Below are positions 1-9,923 of a stretch of DNA of 64,000 bases, in pieces. The notes under the pieces were generated by a model. That model was not told where the DNA came from and did not search any database. It saw nothing but the letters and a program-made list of their open reading frames with translations. The position numbers and the translations under genes are program-made. This DNA is from an uncultured Eubacteriales bacterium (GTDB taxonomy: Bacteria > Bacillota > Clostridia > Oscillospirales > Acutalibacteraceae), in assembly GCA_964639205.1 (NCBI GenBank), contig CAZXCG010000002.1:3692-67691 (forward strand), read 5' to 3'. How positions within the stretch are numbered: the stretch's first letter is position 1; the number at the start of each line of letters is the position of its first letter.

Positions 1-105
1 GAGTTAATTTTATCACAAAAACGCGGGCTTGTCTCTATATTCACAAAACTTTCAGTTTCCCGCAGCGTTTGTCAGCCAAAAGTCCTGCCGAAGGAACCTG
101 CGCCG

Positions 106-1038
106 TTACTTTACGTGCATTGCCTTAAGCTCCTCTAAATCATACGGAGTCTGCTGATAAACAAAGTAATTAAGCCAATTTGAATAAATCAGGCTTGCGC
201 TGCTGCGCCATATGAGAGGGGGATTTTCAGCGGGGTTATCGTTCGGAAAGTAATTATACGGAATACTCGGGTTTATTCCGCGGTTTTTGTCGCGGAAGTA
301 TTCCGTGGCAATTGTGTTGCGGTCATACTCTGCGTGCCCCAGAACAAAAAACTGCCGTCCGTCTTTGGCGGATACAATGGCAACTCCCGCCTTTTCCGAA
401 ACAGAGAGGATTTCAAGCTGTTCAACTTTTTCAATATCCTCCCGTTTGACGGCGGTATTGCGCGAGTGAGGCATTAAAAACGTGTCGTCAAGACCCCTAA
501 GCAGCGGGTGAAGCGGAGTTAAGCTTCTATGCTCGTAAATGCCGGAAAGCTTTTTGTCAAGTACATATTTGGGAATGCCATAATGGTAATAAAGCCCGGC
601 CTGCGCTCCCCAACAGATGTGAAAGGTAGAATAAACATTCTTTTTTGACCATTCCATAATTTTGCACAGTTCGTCCCAATAGTCAACCTGTTCAAAATTC
701 ATCAGCTCGACGGGCGCGCCCGTAATTATCATACCGTCGTAGGTATTGTCTTTTACCTGCTCAAAGGTTTTGTAAAAAACGGTAAGGTGGTGCGCCGAGG
801 TGTTTTTTGAAATGTGCGTAGCCGTCTGCATAAGTTCGATGTCCACCTGAAGCGGAGAATTTCCGAGCAGGCGCAGAAGCTGAGTTTCGGTTTCCACCTT
901 TGTAGGCATAAGGTTGAGGATTATTATTTTCAGCGGTCTTATGTCCTGAGCGACAGCGCGTTCTTCGGGCATGACAAAAATATTCTCTTTTTCAAGAATT
1001 TTTTTAGCCGGCAGCTTGCTGTCTATTTTTATCGGCAT
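106..1038 (-). CDS. metA: homoserine O-acyltransferase (MetA family)
   Basis: 310-aa ORF. N-terminus [24 protein letters not shown] and the HICWGAQAG region are typical of MetA/HTS. GGAGGG RBS; lies 34 nt downstream of proS on the same strand. Confidence 0.9.
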   Translation of the reverse strand: MPIKIDSKLPAKKILEKENIFVMPEERAVAQDIRPLKIIILNLMPTKVETETQLLRLLGNSPLQVDIELMQTATHISKNTSAHHLTVFYKTFEQVKDNTYDGMIITGAPVELMNFEQVDYWDELCKIMEWSKKNVYSTFHICWGAQAGLYYHYGIPKYVLDKKLSGIYEHRSLTPLHPLLRGLDDTFLMPHSRNTAVKREDIEKVEQLEILSVSEKAGVAIVSAKDGRQFFVLGHAEYDRNTIATEYFRDKNRGINPSIPYNYFPNDNPAENPPLIWRSSASLIYSNWLNYFVYQQTPYDLEELKAMHVK

Positions 1039-1072
1039 TTGTCATCCCTCCGTAAATTTAACGAATTGTAAA

Positions 1073-2515
1073 TCAATATTGCCTGCCCCAGTAAACCTGA
1101 TGCTTTGCCGGCTTTCCGCAGCATACGCAAACGTCGCTTATGTGTTCTTCTTCAAAAGGAATACAGCGGCTCTTTACGCCCTTGGTAACGTCCTTTATTT
1201 TTTCCTCGCACGCGGGATCGCCGCACCACATAGCCTTAATAAAGCCCTGCTGATTTTTTGCTATGTCGCAAAATTCCTCAAAATCCGCAGCGGTGTGTGT
1301 CTTTTTTCGCATATTTTCAAGTGCTTTTTCGTATATGGCGCGGTGGAGCTCCTCTAAAAGCTTTGCAATTTCGGACTCCAAATTATCGAGAGAAACCACC
1401 GTTTTTTCACGGTTATCACGCCGCACAAGCACGCACCGGTTGTTTTCAATGTCGCGAGGACCGAGCTCAAGACGAAGCGGAACGCCCTTCATTTCGTATT
1501 GGCTGAATTTCCAGCCCGGGCTGTTGTCGGAAGAATCACAATTAACGCGGAAGCTTTTCTTGAGGCGGGAAGTAACCTCATAGGCCTTGTCGAGCACACC
1601 AGCTTTTTTCTGGTTAATCGGAATAACCGCTACCTGAATCGGAGCTATTTTGGGCGGAAGAACAAGCCCGTCGTCGTCGCCGTGTACCATGATAATTGCG
1701 CCTATCATTCTTGTGGAAACGCCCCATGAAGTTTGGTGCGGATAATGAAGCTTGTTGTCGCGACCGGTAAAGGTGATGTTAAACGCCTTTGCAAAGCCGT
1801 CGCCGAAATAGTGAGAGGTTCCTCCCTGAAGCGCAACTCCGTTGTGCATCATAGGCTCAATTGTGTAGGTTTCCTCGGCGCCTGCAAACTTTTCCTTTTC
1901 TGTTTTTTTGCCGACAACCGCCGGGATAGCAAGGGTTTCACGGTAGAAATCCTCATAAACCCTGAGCATTCGCAGCGTTTCATCGCGGGCGTCTGCCTCT
2001 GTTTCGTGCATAGTATGACCCTCCTGCCAAAGAAATTCAGAGGTTCTCAGAAAAGGTCTTGTAGTTTTTTCCCAACGCACCACGTTGCACCACTGGTTAT
2101 AAAGCTTCGGCAGGTCGCGGTAGGTGTTGATTATCTTGGCGTAATGCTCGCAGAAAAGGGTCTCCGAGGTTGGGCGCACGCAGAGCCTTTCGCTGAGCTC
2201 TTCACTGCCGCCGTGGGTAACCCACGCAACCTCCGGGGCGAAACCTTCCACGTGGTCCTTTTCCCTTTGCAGCAAGCTTTCCGGGATAAAAAGCGGCATA
2301 TATACGTTTTCTACCCCGGTCTCTTTAAAGCGTCTGTCAAGATCAGATTGAATGTTTTCCCATATTGCATAGCCGTAAGGGCGGATAACCATACAGCCCT
2401 TTACGCCTGAATAGTCCGCCATTTCGGCTTTTTTTACAATATCGGTATACCATTTTGCAAAATCGACGTCGCGTCCGGTTATGGCTTCCACCATTTTTTT
2501 ATTTTCATTTGCCAT
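1073..2515 (-). CDS. proS: proline--tRNA ligase (archaeal/eukaryote-like type, no insertion editing domain)
   Basis: 480-aa ORF with class II aaRS motifs and a C-terminal Cys cluster ending YWGRQY, as in type-3 ProRS. GGAGGA RBS. Confidence 0.93.
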   Translation of the reverse strand: MANENKKMVEAITGRDVDFAKWYTDIVKKAEMADYSGVKGCMVIRPYGYAIWENIQSDLDRRFKETGVENVYMPLFIPESLLQREKDHVEGFAPEVAWVTHGGSEELSERLCVRPTSETLFCEHYAKIINTYRDLPKLYNQWCNVVRWEKTTRPFLRTSEFLWQEGHTMHETEADARDETLRMLRVYEDFYRETLAIPAVVGKKTEKEKFAGAEETYTIEPMMHNGVALQGGTSHYFGDGFAKAFNITFTGRDNKLHYPHQTSWGVSTRMIGAIIMVHGDDDGLVLPPKIAPIQVAVIPINQKKAGVLDKAYEVTSRLKKSFRVNCDSSDNSPGWKFSQYEMKGVPLRLELGPRDIENNRCVLVRRDNREKTVVSLDNLESEIAKLLEELHRAIYEKALENMRKKTHTAADFEEFCDIAKNQQGFIKAMWCGDPACEEKIKDVTKGVKSRCIPFEEEHISDVCVCCGKPAKHQVYWGRQY

Positions 2516-2590
2516 TGTTTATCCTCCCGACATTGGCAGCAACCGCATTTTTGCGGAGAAGCGCTTATTTTTTTTTTACATATCTTATTT

Positions 2591-2619
2591 ATTATACATA
2601 AAATCCGGCGGCTTTGCAA
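2591..2619 (-). promoter_or_regulatory. sigma-A type promoter for proS-metA
   Basis: The minus strand reads TTGCAA-17 nt-TATAAT, about 75 nt upstream of the proS ATG. Confidence 0.5.
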
Positions 2620-2686
2620 CATTTTATTTCACGGCTTGGCTTTTTGTTTCTTTGAATATGAAAAACTTTTAAGGTCCAAAAAGTAG

Positions 2687-2715
2687 TTGTAAAATTCTTT
2701 TGTTTAGGTTATAAT
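2687..2715 (+). promoter_or_regulatory. sigma-A type promoter for LRR-dockerin gene 1
   Basis: TTGTAA-17 nt-TATAAT, about 80 nt upstream of the ATG at 2796. The paralog at 51492 has the same hexamers. Confidence 0.5.
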
Positions 2716-2795
2716 TTATTCGATAATGTCCCCCGAAGGCTTGGACGTAATCGATAATTGTAAAGCCTCAAATAAAAATAACGGAGGAAGCTAAA

Positions 2796-4154
2796 ATGAG
2801 AAAAGTAAAAATATCGGGAATTATATCGTCGGCTCTTGTATTTGCGCTGGTGCTTGCAACGCTGACATTCGCGGCGTCGGCTGAAAGCTCCGGCGATTTC
2901 AGCTATACTGTTTTAGAAGACGGCACGGCTAAAATAACCGGCTACACCGGTCCGGGCGGCGATGTTGAAATTCCGTCTGAGATTAACGGCTGCATTGTAA
3001 CTGGCATTGGGAATGCCGCGTTTGTACGGTGTGAAAGCCTTACAAGCGTAACAATTCCCGACAGCGTTACAAGCATCGGTAATTCTGCGTTTTCCGGCTG
3101 TACAAGCCTTACAAGCGTTACAATTCCGGTCAGTGTGACGAGCATTGGTGATTTGCCGTTCTCCATCTGCACGCTATTAACGGCAATTAATGTAGCTGAA
3201 GAAAACGAAAATTACTGTTCTGTTGACGGCGTCCTGTTCAGCAAGGACGTTACCTCCTTGATTGCGTATCCGGCAGGAAAAGAACAATCGTCTTTTGACG
3301 TTCCGCAAAGTGTGACTGACATTGAATGCTATGCGTTTTACTATTGCAAAAATCTTACAGCGGTTACTATCCCCGAAAGCGTTACAAGCATTGAAGGCTA
3401 CGCGTTTTCCGGCTGTACGTCGTTAACGGCGATTGACGTAGATGAAAAAAATGAAAATTACTGTTCCGTTGCCGGAGTTGTGTTCGATAAGAACGTTGAG
3501 GAGCTGATTGCATATCCGATAGGAAATGAACAGACGGTTTATCTTGTTGCGGATGGTGTAACAAGCATTGGCGGCGGTGCGTTTGAGGGCTGTAAAAACC
3601 TTGAAGACGTTACGCTCCCGGCGAGTATGACGAGCATCGGCGACGACGCGTTTTACAGCTGCAAAAATCTTGTAAGCGTTACCCTCTCCGAAGGTCTGAC
3701 AAGTATTGGCGACAGTGCGTTTTTCGCCTGTCCCGGTCTTACAAGCATTACAATTCCCGCAAGCGTGACGGTTATAGGAGCAAACGCTTTTACTCACTGT
3801 ACAAGCCTTGAGCTTGCAACCTTCCTTTGCGATGATGTTGATATTTCGGAAAATGTTTTTAAAGACTGCGCCGAAAATCTTACAATACGCGCAGCGGCGG
3901 GCAGCTCGGCAGCAGAATATGCAAACGCAAACGGACTTACATTCAAAGATTCCGCTTTAGCTCCGGGCGATGTAAATTCCGACGGCAAGGTTGACTCTGC
4001 CGACGCTACTCTTGTTTTGCAATTTTATGCCGAAATTATCGGTGAAAATACAGAAGGGTACAACAACAGCGCCGCCGATTTAAACGGCGACGGCGCTGTA
4101 AATGCTGCGGACGCTACGATTATACTCCAAATGTACGCGGGAATAATAAATTAA
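2796..4154 (+). CDS. secreted BspA-type leucine-rich-repeat protein with C-terminal type I dockerin
   Basis: 452 aa. Signal peptide MRKVKISGIISSALVFALVLATLTFAASA. Repeated units of about 23 aa (SLTSVTIPxSVTSIGxxAFxxC). C-terminal duplicated Ca-binding segments GDVNSDGKVDSADATLVLQ / DLNGDGAVNAADATIILQ (nt ~3948-4151). Confidence 0.88.
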   Translation: MRKVKISGIISSALVFALVLATLTFAASAESSGDFSYTVLEDGTAKITGYTGPGGDVEIPSEINGCIVTGIGNAAFVRCESLTSVTIPDSVTSIGNSAFSGCTSLTSVTIPVSVTSIGDLPFSICTLLTAINVAEENENYCSVDGVLFSKDVTSLIAYPAGKEQSSFDVPQSVTDIECYAFYYCKNLTAVTIPESVTSIEGYAFSGCTSLTAIDVDEKNENYCSVAGVVFDKNVEELIAYPIGNEQTVYLVADGVTSIGGGAFEGCKNLEDVTLPASMTSIGDDAFYSCKNLVSVTLSEGLTSIGDSAFFACPGLTSITIPASVTVIGANAFTHCTSLELATFLCDDVDISENVFKDCAENLTIRAAAGSSAAEYANANGLTFKDSALAPGDVNSDGKVDSADATLVLQFYAEIIGENTEGYNNSAADLNGDGAVNAADATIILQMYAGIIN

Positions 4155-4170
4155 ACCGATTTTTAAAAGA

Positions 4171-4212
4171 GATTGCCGCAGATGTTCTTTCTCATTTGCG
4201 GCAATCTTTTTT
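4171..4212 (+). terminator. intrinsic terminator
   Basis: GATTGCCGCA..TGCGGCAATC hairpin followed by TTTTTT. Confidence 0.7.
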
Positions 4213-4421
4213 ATCGGAGCAGCGTTGCGGAAATTCCGAAAATCATCTTAAAGCAGAGAGTGCTAACAGCTTAAAAAAAGCTCCCGACTGATTTTTACAA
4301 AATTATTTAACCATACCGAATTTGAAACATAACCTGCTAAAAAACAGTGGATTCTTTTTATCTTTTATGCTATACTGTAATCAGCTTTCAAAAAGCCGAT
4401 TTTAAACACAGGATGGTCATT

Positions 4422-5429
4422 ATGCCGTTTCATATCAATTTAGGCGGCTGGGGTTCGATTTTTGCCGTTCCCTCGCAGGTAGTGGACAACGACTTGAAAA
4501 TTGCCAGCGCCTATCAGCTTAAGGTTTTACTTTATCTGCTCCGCCACTGCGGCGAGGAGCTTACATACGAAAAAATAGGTGAAGAGCTTTCTATTCACCC
4601 CGCAGATGTTAAAGATTCGGTGCTTTTCTGGTCGCAGCGCGGACTTATAGTTCAAAACGGCGACGAGCTCACACCTGCCAACGCGGCGTCGGGCGTTCCG
4701 AATGTTTCCGAGCCTCAGCCGCAAGGCTGTACCTCCCCGACCGGTGAAGAGGCGGTTCGGCTGCAGCCACGCCCGCTTACGCGCCAGCCGCGCCCGAGCA
4801 TACAGTTTGTATCTCAGCAGCTTGCCGGCGATTCACAGCTTGCCGGTTTTATGGACGAGGCGCAGACTATTTTGCAAAAGCCGCTTTCAAGCGGCGATAT
4901 TTGCACCCTTTACATGCTTACGGATACATACGGACTGCCTCCCGAGGTTATACTCATGCTGATTCAATACAGCGTAAGCATTGACAAGGCAAATCTCCAT
5001 TTTATTGAAAAAGAAGGAATACGCTGGTCCGACGAGGGAATATCCGATGTCGAGCAGGCGGACGCAAAAATATCCGCGCTTAAAAGCCGCTTTTCCGCGT
5101 GGGGAACGGTCGCCGCAGTATTCGGAATAAAAAACGTCGGCTCGCCCACAAAAAAGCAGCTTGCTTTTGCCGACTGCTGGCTCAACGATTGGAAATTCAG
5201 CCCCAATATGCTCAGAGAAGCCTATGAAAGATGCGTAGACAAAAAGAACGGGGTGGATCTCAGCTATATAAACGGAACTTTGCGGAACTGGCACAAGAAC
5301 GGCGTTAAGTCGGTTGAAGAAATTTCTCTTAAAGATAGCGGGGGGAAAAGCGGCTTAAAAGCAAAAGGCGCTAAAAACTCTTCGTACGACATAGACGAGC
5401 TTGATAAAACAAGTTTTTTTGACGAATGA
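4422..5429 (+). CDS. DnaD/DnaB_2-domain replication initiation protein
   Basis: The ORF track starts at 4347, but I prefer the ATG at 4422 (AGGA 8 nt upstream, and a TGcTATACT extended -10 lies inside the longer ORF). The C-terminal half resembles a DnaD domain (..YGLPPEVILMLIQYS..IEKEGIRW..). A DnaC-like ATPase follows directly. Confidence 0.75.
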   Translation: MPFHINLGGWGSIFAVPSQVVDNDLKIASAYQLKVLLYLLRHCGEELTYEKIGEELSIHPADVKDSVLFWSQRGLIVQNGDELTPANAASGVPNVSEPQPQGCTSPTGEEAVRLQPRPLTRQPRPSIQFVSQQLAGDSQLAGFMDEAQTILQKPLSSGDICTLYMLTDTYGLPPEVILMLIQYSVSIDKANLHFIEKEGIRWSDEGISDVEQADAKISALKSRFSAWGTVAAVFGIKNVGSPTKKQLAFADCWLNDWKFSPNMLREAYERCVDKKNGVDLSYINGTLRNWHKNGVKSVEEISLKDSGGKSGLKAKGAKNSSYDIDELDKTSFFDE

Positions 5430-5445
5430 CACCGGGAGGTAAAAC

Positions 5446-6468
5446 ATGGGATACAGCAGCAGCGTATATCAAACCGCGTACCGTATTATGGAGCAGCGGC
5501 GCATGGATAATCAATCGGCGCTTTTAAAACGTCAGGAAGAAATTTACACAAAAATTCCGCGCGCCGAACAAATCGGGCGCGAGCTCTCCTCTTGCGGCAT
5601 TTCCGCCGCAAGAGCGGTTATATCCGGCGGAAATGCCGCAGTGGAAATAGAAAAGCTCAAGCAAAAATCTCTTGCTCTGCAAACAGAGCTTGCAGCTCTG
5701 CTGACTGACAGCGGCTACCCCGAAAATTACCTTGAACCCTCCTACCGCTGCCCCATTTGCAAGGATAAAGGAACATATGAGGATGAAGCGCACAGCAAAA
5801 CCGTGGTTTGCGACTGCTTCCGCCAATTGCTGACAAAAACCGCCTGCGAAGAGCTTAACAGGCATTCTCCGCTTTCGCTTTCCACGTTTGACAGCTTCTG
5901 CCTTGATTATTATTCAAAGGAAGCTGAAAACGGCTCGTCGTCACCGTATACGCGAATGACGCGTATTTTCGAGTTTTGCAGGCAATATGCCGACGAATTC
6001 GGCGCGGAATCCGCAAGCCTGTTTATGACCGGCGCGACAGGTCTTGGCAAGACGCACCTCAGTCTTGCCATTGCAAACGAGGTTACACGCAAAGGCTTCG
6101 GCGTAATTTACACCTCCGCCCCCTCTGTTCTTTCCGAGCTTGAAAAACTGCATTTTTCCTACAGCTATCAGCAGGAAAACGAAACTGCGGAAACTCTTAC
6201 GGAATGCGATCTGCTGATTATTGATGATTTGGCGACAGAATTTTCTTCTTCCTACAGCAAGGCTGCGCTTTACAATATATTTAACGGAAGAATCCTGAAA
6301 AGCAAGCCGACAATTATAAACACAAATCTTTCTTTTAAAGAGCTCGAAGCCTTTTATTCCCCCCGCTTTGTGTCGCGGCTGTACGGGGAATTTGTTAAGC
6401 TCGATTTTATAGGCAAAGACGTTCGCGTAGCGTCAAAGCAGGGCAAGCCGCCATTACCGCATAAATAA
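5446..6468 (+). CDS. DnaC/DnaI-like helicase-loader AAA+ ATPase
   Basis: 340 aa. Zn-binding CPICKDKG..CDC, Walker A GATGLGKTHL, Walker B LLIIDDL. GGGAGG RBS. Confidence 0.85.
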   Translation: MGYSSSVYQTAYRIMEQRRMDNQSALLKRQEEIYTKIPRAEQIGRELSSCGISAARAVISGGNAAVEIEKLKQKSLALQTELAALLTDSGYPENYLEPSYRCPICKDKGTYEDEAHSKTVVCDCFRQLLTKTACEELNRHSPLSLSTFDSFCLDYYSKEAENGSSSPYTRMTRIFEFCRQYADEFGAESASLFMTGATGLGKTHLSLAIANEVTRKGFGVIYTSAPSVLSELEKLHFSYSYQQENETAETLTECDLLIIDDLATEFSSSYSKAALYNIFNGRILKSKPTIINTNLSFKELEAFYSPRFVSRLYGEFVKLDFIGKDVRVASKQGKPPLPHK

Positions 6469-6470
6469 AA

Positions 6471-6497
6471 AAGTCCCCCTCTGAATAGCGGGGACTT
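6471..6497 (-). terminator. intrinsic terminator (mainly for the minus-strand HPr-like gene; possibly bidirectional)
   Basis: AAGTCCCC..GGGGACTT hairpin. On the minus strand it is followed by TTTTTATTTAT. Confidence 0.6.
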
Positions 6498-6505
6498 AAA
6501 ATAAT

Positions 6506-6751
6506 TTACAGCCCGGCTGCTGCCGTAAAAGGCTCAAGGTCTTTGATAAACTCCTCGGGGACGCTGTCGTTTTCAACCTCAAGCCTTATCGGTTGGGACA
6601 TATCCAGCGATATAACTCCCATTATTGAGTGAGCGTCAATCTTATAGTGGTTATTGTAAAGAAATATACGAAGACCGCTATATTTGCAGGTTATGTTTAC
6701 AAACCGTTTTGCGTCGTCCAAAGAAGTTATGACTATTTCTTCCGTATACAT
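6506..6751 (-). CDS. HPr-like domain protein (Ser46-region motif present, His15 not conserved)
   Basis: 81 aa. KIDAHSIMGVISLDM matches the HPr K-S-I-M-G-x-M-S-L region. The N-terminal GxHARP motif is replaced by SLDDAKRF. Confidence 0.6.
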   Translation of the reverse strand: MYTEEIVITSLDDAKRFVNITCKYSGLRIFLYNNHYKIDAHSIMGVISLDMSQPIRLEVENDSVPEEFIKDLEPFTAAAGL

Positions 6752-6871
6752 TGTTCCTTCCTCCCGAAATTACATTGGTAATTAAATTTTTTGCACTGCA
6801 TCCGAGCGCCGCAGCAGCGGAATATTTTAAGCTTAAAAGCAAAGCAACCCGCTTAAAATAGAGCCTGCGAA

Positions 6872-6923
6872 CATCTGCGCTCAGGTTCAATATTGGGCTT
6901 TGCGCCGTCATTATATTTAACTA
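6872..6923 (-). repeat. chimeric fragment of the intergenic element families
   Basis: Read on the minus strand: a family-1 right end (..GGCGCAAAGCCCAATATTGAA) abuts a family-2-like left end (CCTGAGCGCAGATG). Confidence 0.5.
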
Positions 6924-7043
6924 TGAACACTAAACCAACCTCAGCGCCCTAAGATTCGGACATAATCGCTTAAGATATAATATCACCAAATTTAGAAAAT
7001 AGCAACATTCTTTTGCAATTTTCGGAAAAAAAGGAGAATTCCT

Positions 7044-8339
7044 TTGAATTATAAAGTAATCACCCTTGGCTGCAAGGTCAATCAATATGAGTCGCAGATT
7101 ATGAGCGAGGCTCTTGAGCGCAGCGGATACCTCCCGGCAGTCAATAATACTCCTGCCGACATTACGGTTATAAACACCTGCACGGTTACCTCAGAGGGCG
7201 ACAGTAAAAACAAAAAGCTTGTACGCAGAGTACGCAGAGAAAATCCCGACGGGATAATTATCCTTACCGGCTGTATGCCTCAGGCTTTCCCCGACGATAC
7301 CGAATTGTTTGACAATTGCGATATTGTCCTCGGTAACGCCTCCAGAGCCGAGCTTGTGCCGGCGCTGGAGCGTTTTCTGCTGAATCACAGACAGATTATC
7401 AATATCAGCGCTCACAAAGAAAAGGGCGAGGCATTTGAAGAAATGTCCGCCTCCTCCTTTAACGAACACACGCGCGCCGTTGTTAAGATTGAGGACGGCT
7501 GCAACCGCTTCTGCTCTTACTGTATAATTCCCTATGCGCGCGGCAGAGTCCGCTCAAAAAAGCTTGACGACCTGCGCAAAGAGGTCGAACAGCTTGCCGC
7601 CAACGGCTACAAAGAAGTGGTTTTGGTGGGAATTAATCTTTCCGCGTACGGTCAAGGCACGGAATATAACCTCTGCGACGCGGTTGAATGCGCCGCAGAG
7701 GTTAAAAGAATTGAAAGGGTTCGCCTTGGCTCGCTTGAACCGGAGCGTATGGATAAAGCCACAATAGAGCGCCTTGCCAAATGCAGGAAGCTTTGTCCGC
7801 ATTTCCATCTGTCGCTTCAAAGCGGGTGTGATGAAACCCTGCGCCGAATGAACCGCCGTTATAACTCACGTCAATATGCGCAGATAGTTTCCGATTTGCG
7901 CAGCGCCTTTGACAACTGCGCCGTCACAACCGATATTATGGTCGGCTTTGCCGGGGAAACCGAGGAGGAATTCCAAAAATCACTTGCCTTTGCAAAGAGC
8001 ATGAGCTTTGCAAAAGTGCATACGTTTGCGTATTCGCGCCGCAGGGGAACCGCAGCGGATAATGCGCCAAATCAGGTCGGAAGCGCGGTAAAATCCGAAC
8101 GCAGCAAAATAATGATAGCCGCCGCGGCCGCCTCACGTCTGGAATTTCTGCGTTCACAGACAGGACGCGTCGAAAATGTGCTGTTTGAACGCCGCCGCAC
8201 CGCGGGCTACTGCGAGGGACACACCTCCAACTATACACCGGTACGTGTATTTACAGACGCTGACGTAACAGGCAGACTGATACCTGTTAAAATTGTATCT
8301 GCCGGCGGTGATTTCTGCACGGGAACATTTGAGACTTAG
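7044..8339 (+). CDS. mtaB: tRNA t6A37 methylthiotransferase (MtaB, radical SAM)
   Basis: 431 aa. TTG start with AAGGAG RBS. N-terminus YKVITLGCKVNQYES, radical SAM CNRFCSYCIIPYARG, C-terminal TRAM-like domain. Confidence 0.88.
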   Translation: MNYKVITLGCKVNQYESQIMSEALERSGYLPAVNNTPADITVINTCTVTSEGDSKNKKLVRRVRRENPDGIIILTGCMPQAFPDDTELFDNCDIVLGNASRAELVPALERFLLNHRQIINISAHKEKGEAFEEMSASSFNEHTRAVVKIEDGCNRFCSYCIIPYARGRVRSKKLDDLRKEVEQLAANGYKEVVLVGINLSAYGQGTEYNLCDAVECAAEVKRIERVRLGSLEPERMDKATIERLAKCRKLCPHFHLSLQSGCDETLRRMNRRYNSRQYAQIVSDLRSAFDNCAVTTDIMVGFAGETEEEFQKSLAFAKSMSFAKVHTFAYSRRRGTAADNAPNQVGSAVKSERSKIMIAAAAASRLEFLRSQTGRVENVLFERRRTAGYCEGHTSNYTPVRVFTDADVTGRLIPVKIVSAGGDFCTGTFET

Positions 8340-8366
8340 TGCTTCAGCAATATCCGCAGATTGATA

Positions 8367-9602
8367 CTAAGTAAGCAGGGCGATAACGTTCCGTATTTCC
8401 TCGGCAGCCTCTTCTGTTACGAGACTGTCATAGCTGTAAAGCATAAATCCGTCAAGCTCCTTGTCGCGGATTATCTCAATTTCACGGCTTAAAATATCGC
8501 TGTTATCTTCCCATGTTCCACAGTCGCTGTCGCTGCCCGCTTTATAGCCGGCAATGCCTATATACATTTTTATATTTTCGGCAAGCTCAAGTCCGGTCCA
8601 GTCGGCAAGCGCCGCCTCAAACGTAAGAGTGGGATTATCCAAACTGAAATATATTTGCGGACATATGTAATCCGCATAGCCGCTTTCCGTACACCAGCGC
8701 ACCACGTCCGCGCAGAGCGCCGAGTTGTTGGAAAGATTGCCCTGAGGTGAAACGCCGAAAACAACCCCCTCGCCGCTCTCGTGAACCGTCTTATAAACCG
8801 TGCTGAGCATGCGGTTTACATTATCCATACGCCATTCCTCGAGCGACAGCGGCGCTCCGCCGCCGGAAAAAGCGCTTATATAGGCGGCATACTGCTCGCT
8901 GTCAAAGCTTTTATCCGTTGTAGGATAAAAATAATCGTCAAACTGAATACCGTCAACATCGTAATTTTTTACAATTTCCGCTACGCCTTCGGCTATCAAT
9001 TCCGTTACCTCTTCAAGCGCGGGGTTAAAATACACTCCCCCTTCAACCTCCACGATCAGAGAGCTGTTTTTGACTGCGGGACTGCTTTCGGCAAGAGCAT
9101 ACGCGGATTCTGCGTTTTTTACGCGGTACGGATTTATCCACGCGTGAATTTTCAGCCCGTTGCTATGCGCCTTTTCACACATAACGGCAAGCGGGTCGTA
9201 GCCGCAGTCCCGCCCCTGCTCGCCGCTTAAAATATGCGACATTGGGAATATTTCCGAATAGTACAGAGCGTCGCAGAACGGGCGAACCTGTACCACAAGC
9301 GTGTTAAAGCCGCCGCTCACAGCGTGAGAAACCACCGCGTCAAATTTTTCTTCAAACTCGCTGCGTGTTTTTGCTGTACCCTGCATATCAAGCGTCATAT
9401 AGCTTACCCATATACCGCGCATTTCCTCATCCTCCTGTTTTAAAGCGGTAAACGAGAATTCACTTTGCTTTTGATAGGATTCAACAGTCTTTGCGCCTTC
9501 AACTGCGGTCTGTGCATTTGTAACGGCACTGCGGTTAACGGCTATTGCCGCGCAGAGCAGAACCGCAGACATAATTATCGGCAAAACATTCAGAAATTTC
9601 AT
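8367..9602 (-). CDS. secreted glycoside-hydrolase-like family 10 (GHL10/DUF187, YngK-like) protein
   Basis: The ORF track extends to 9818. The ATG at 9602 gives a signal peptide MKFLNVLPIIMSAVLLCAAIA and has an AAAGGA RBS. Core GFNTLVVQVRP..GLKIHAWINPYRV. Confidence 0.75.
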   Translation of the reverse strand: MKFLNVLPIIMSAVLLCAAIAVNRSAVTNAQTAVEGAKTVESYQKQSEFSFTALKQEDEEMRGIWVSYMTLDMQGTAKTRSEFEEKFDAVVSHAVSGGFNTLVVQVRPFCDALYYSEIFPMSHILSGEQGRDCGYDPLAVMCEKAHSNGLKIHAWINPYRVKNAESAYALAESSPAVKNSSLIVEVEGGVYFNPALEEVTELIAEGVAEIVKNYDVDGIQFDDYFYPTTDKSFDSEQYAAYISAFSGGGAPLSLEEWRMDNVNRMLSTVYKTVHESGEGVVFGVSPQGNLSNNSALCADVVRWCTESGYADYICPQIYFSLDNPTLTFEAALADWTGLELAENIKMYIGIAGYKAGSDSDCGTWEDNSDILSREIEIIRDKELDGFMLYSYDSLVTEEAAEEIRNVIALLT

Positions 9603-9659
9603 TCTTATTTTCCTTTCGAGGTGATTTATATAAATTGGTATGATTTTTTTATTATATAT

Positions 9660-9923
9660 ATGCTTATTATCAATCTGACAGCCGTAGTCTTGACCCTCTT
9701 CGATAAAGCAGCCGCAAAAAAATACCCTTCCGGGAGAATCCGCGAACGCACGCTTATGATTGTTTCGGCGCTGGGCGGAAGCGCCGCAATGTTTATAACG
9801 ATGCGCATAATCAGACATAAAACAAGACGTCTTAAATTTATGCTCGGCATTCCCGTAATTTTTATTTTACAGCTTGCCGCCGCGGCACTGTGCCTTTGGC
9901 TGAGGTTGAGTTATGAAGTATAG
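9660..9923 (+). CDS. DUF1294 family membrane protein
   Basis: 87 aa from the internal ATG at 9660. DKAAAKKYPSGRIRERTLMIVSALGGSAAMFITMRIIRHKT matches my recollection of the DUF1294 signature. Its end overlaps the next gene's start by 11 nt. Confidence 0.65.
   Translation: MLIINLTAVVLTLFDKAAAKKYPSGRIRERTLMIVSALGGSAAMFITMRIIRHKTRRLKFMLGIPVIFILQLAAAALCLWLRLSYEV

Noticed and set aside
1733-2410. 225-aa ORF on the plus strand
   Set aside because: It is a shadow ORF antisense to proS.
2516-2795. T-box or other riboswitch leaders upstream of proS (2516-2600), metG (10777-10862) and ilvB (44688-44775)
   Set aside because: The leaders are short (about 35-85 nt after the predicted promoters). I cannot find a T-box sequence (AAnnnGGGTGGTACCGCG-like), a specifier-loop architecture, or a terminator/antiterminator pair.
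4422-6468. DnaD-like plus DnaC-like pair as a prophage or mobile-element replication module
   Set aside because: No integrase, terminase, repressor or other phage genes flank the pair. The neighbours are housekeeping genes. A chromosomal DnaD-like/DnaC-like pair is the usual helicase-loading set in Clostridia.
8367-9818. Long 5' extensions in the ORF track (8367-9818, 32324-33106, 41511-42596, 42562-43152, 47464-48501, 4347-5429, 20471-21877)
   Set aside because: Internal starts give canonical N-termini (signal peptides, MAKIYYQSD for IlvC, the ACT domain start for IlvN) with properly spaced RBSs. The extensions overlap upstream genes, promoters or intergenic DNA.
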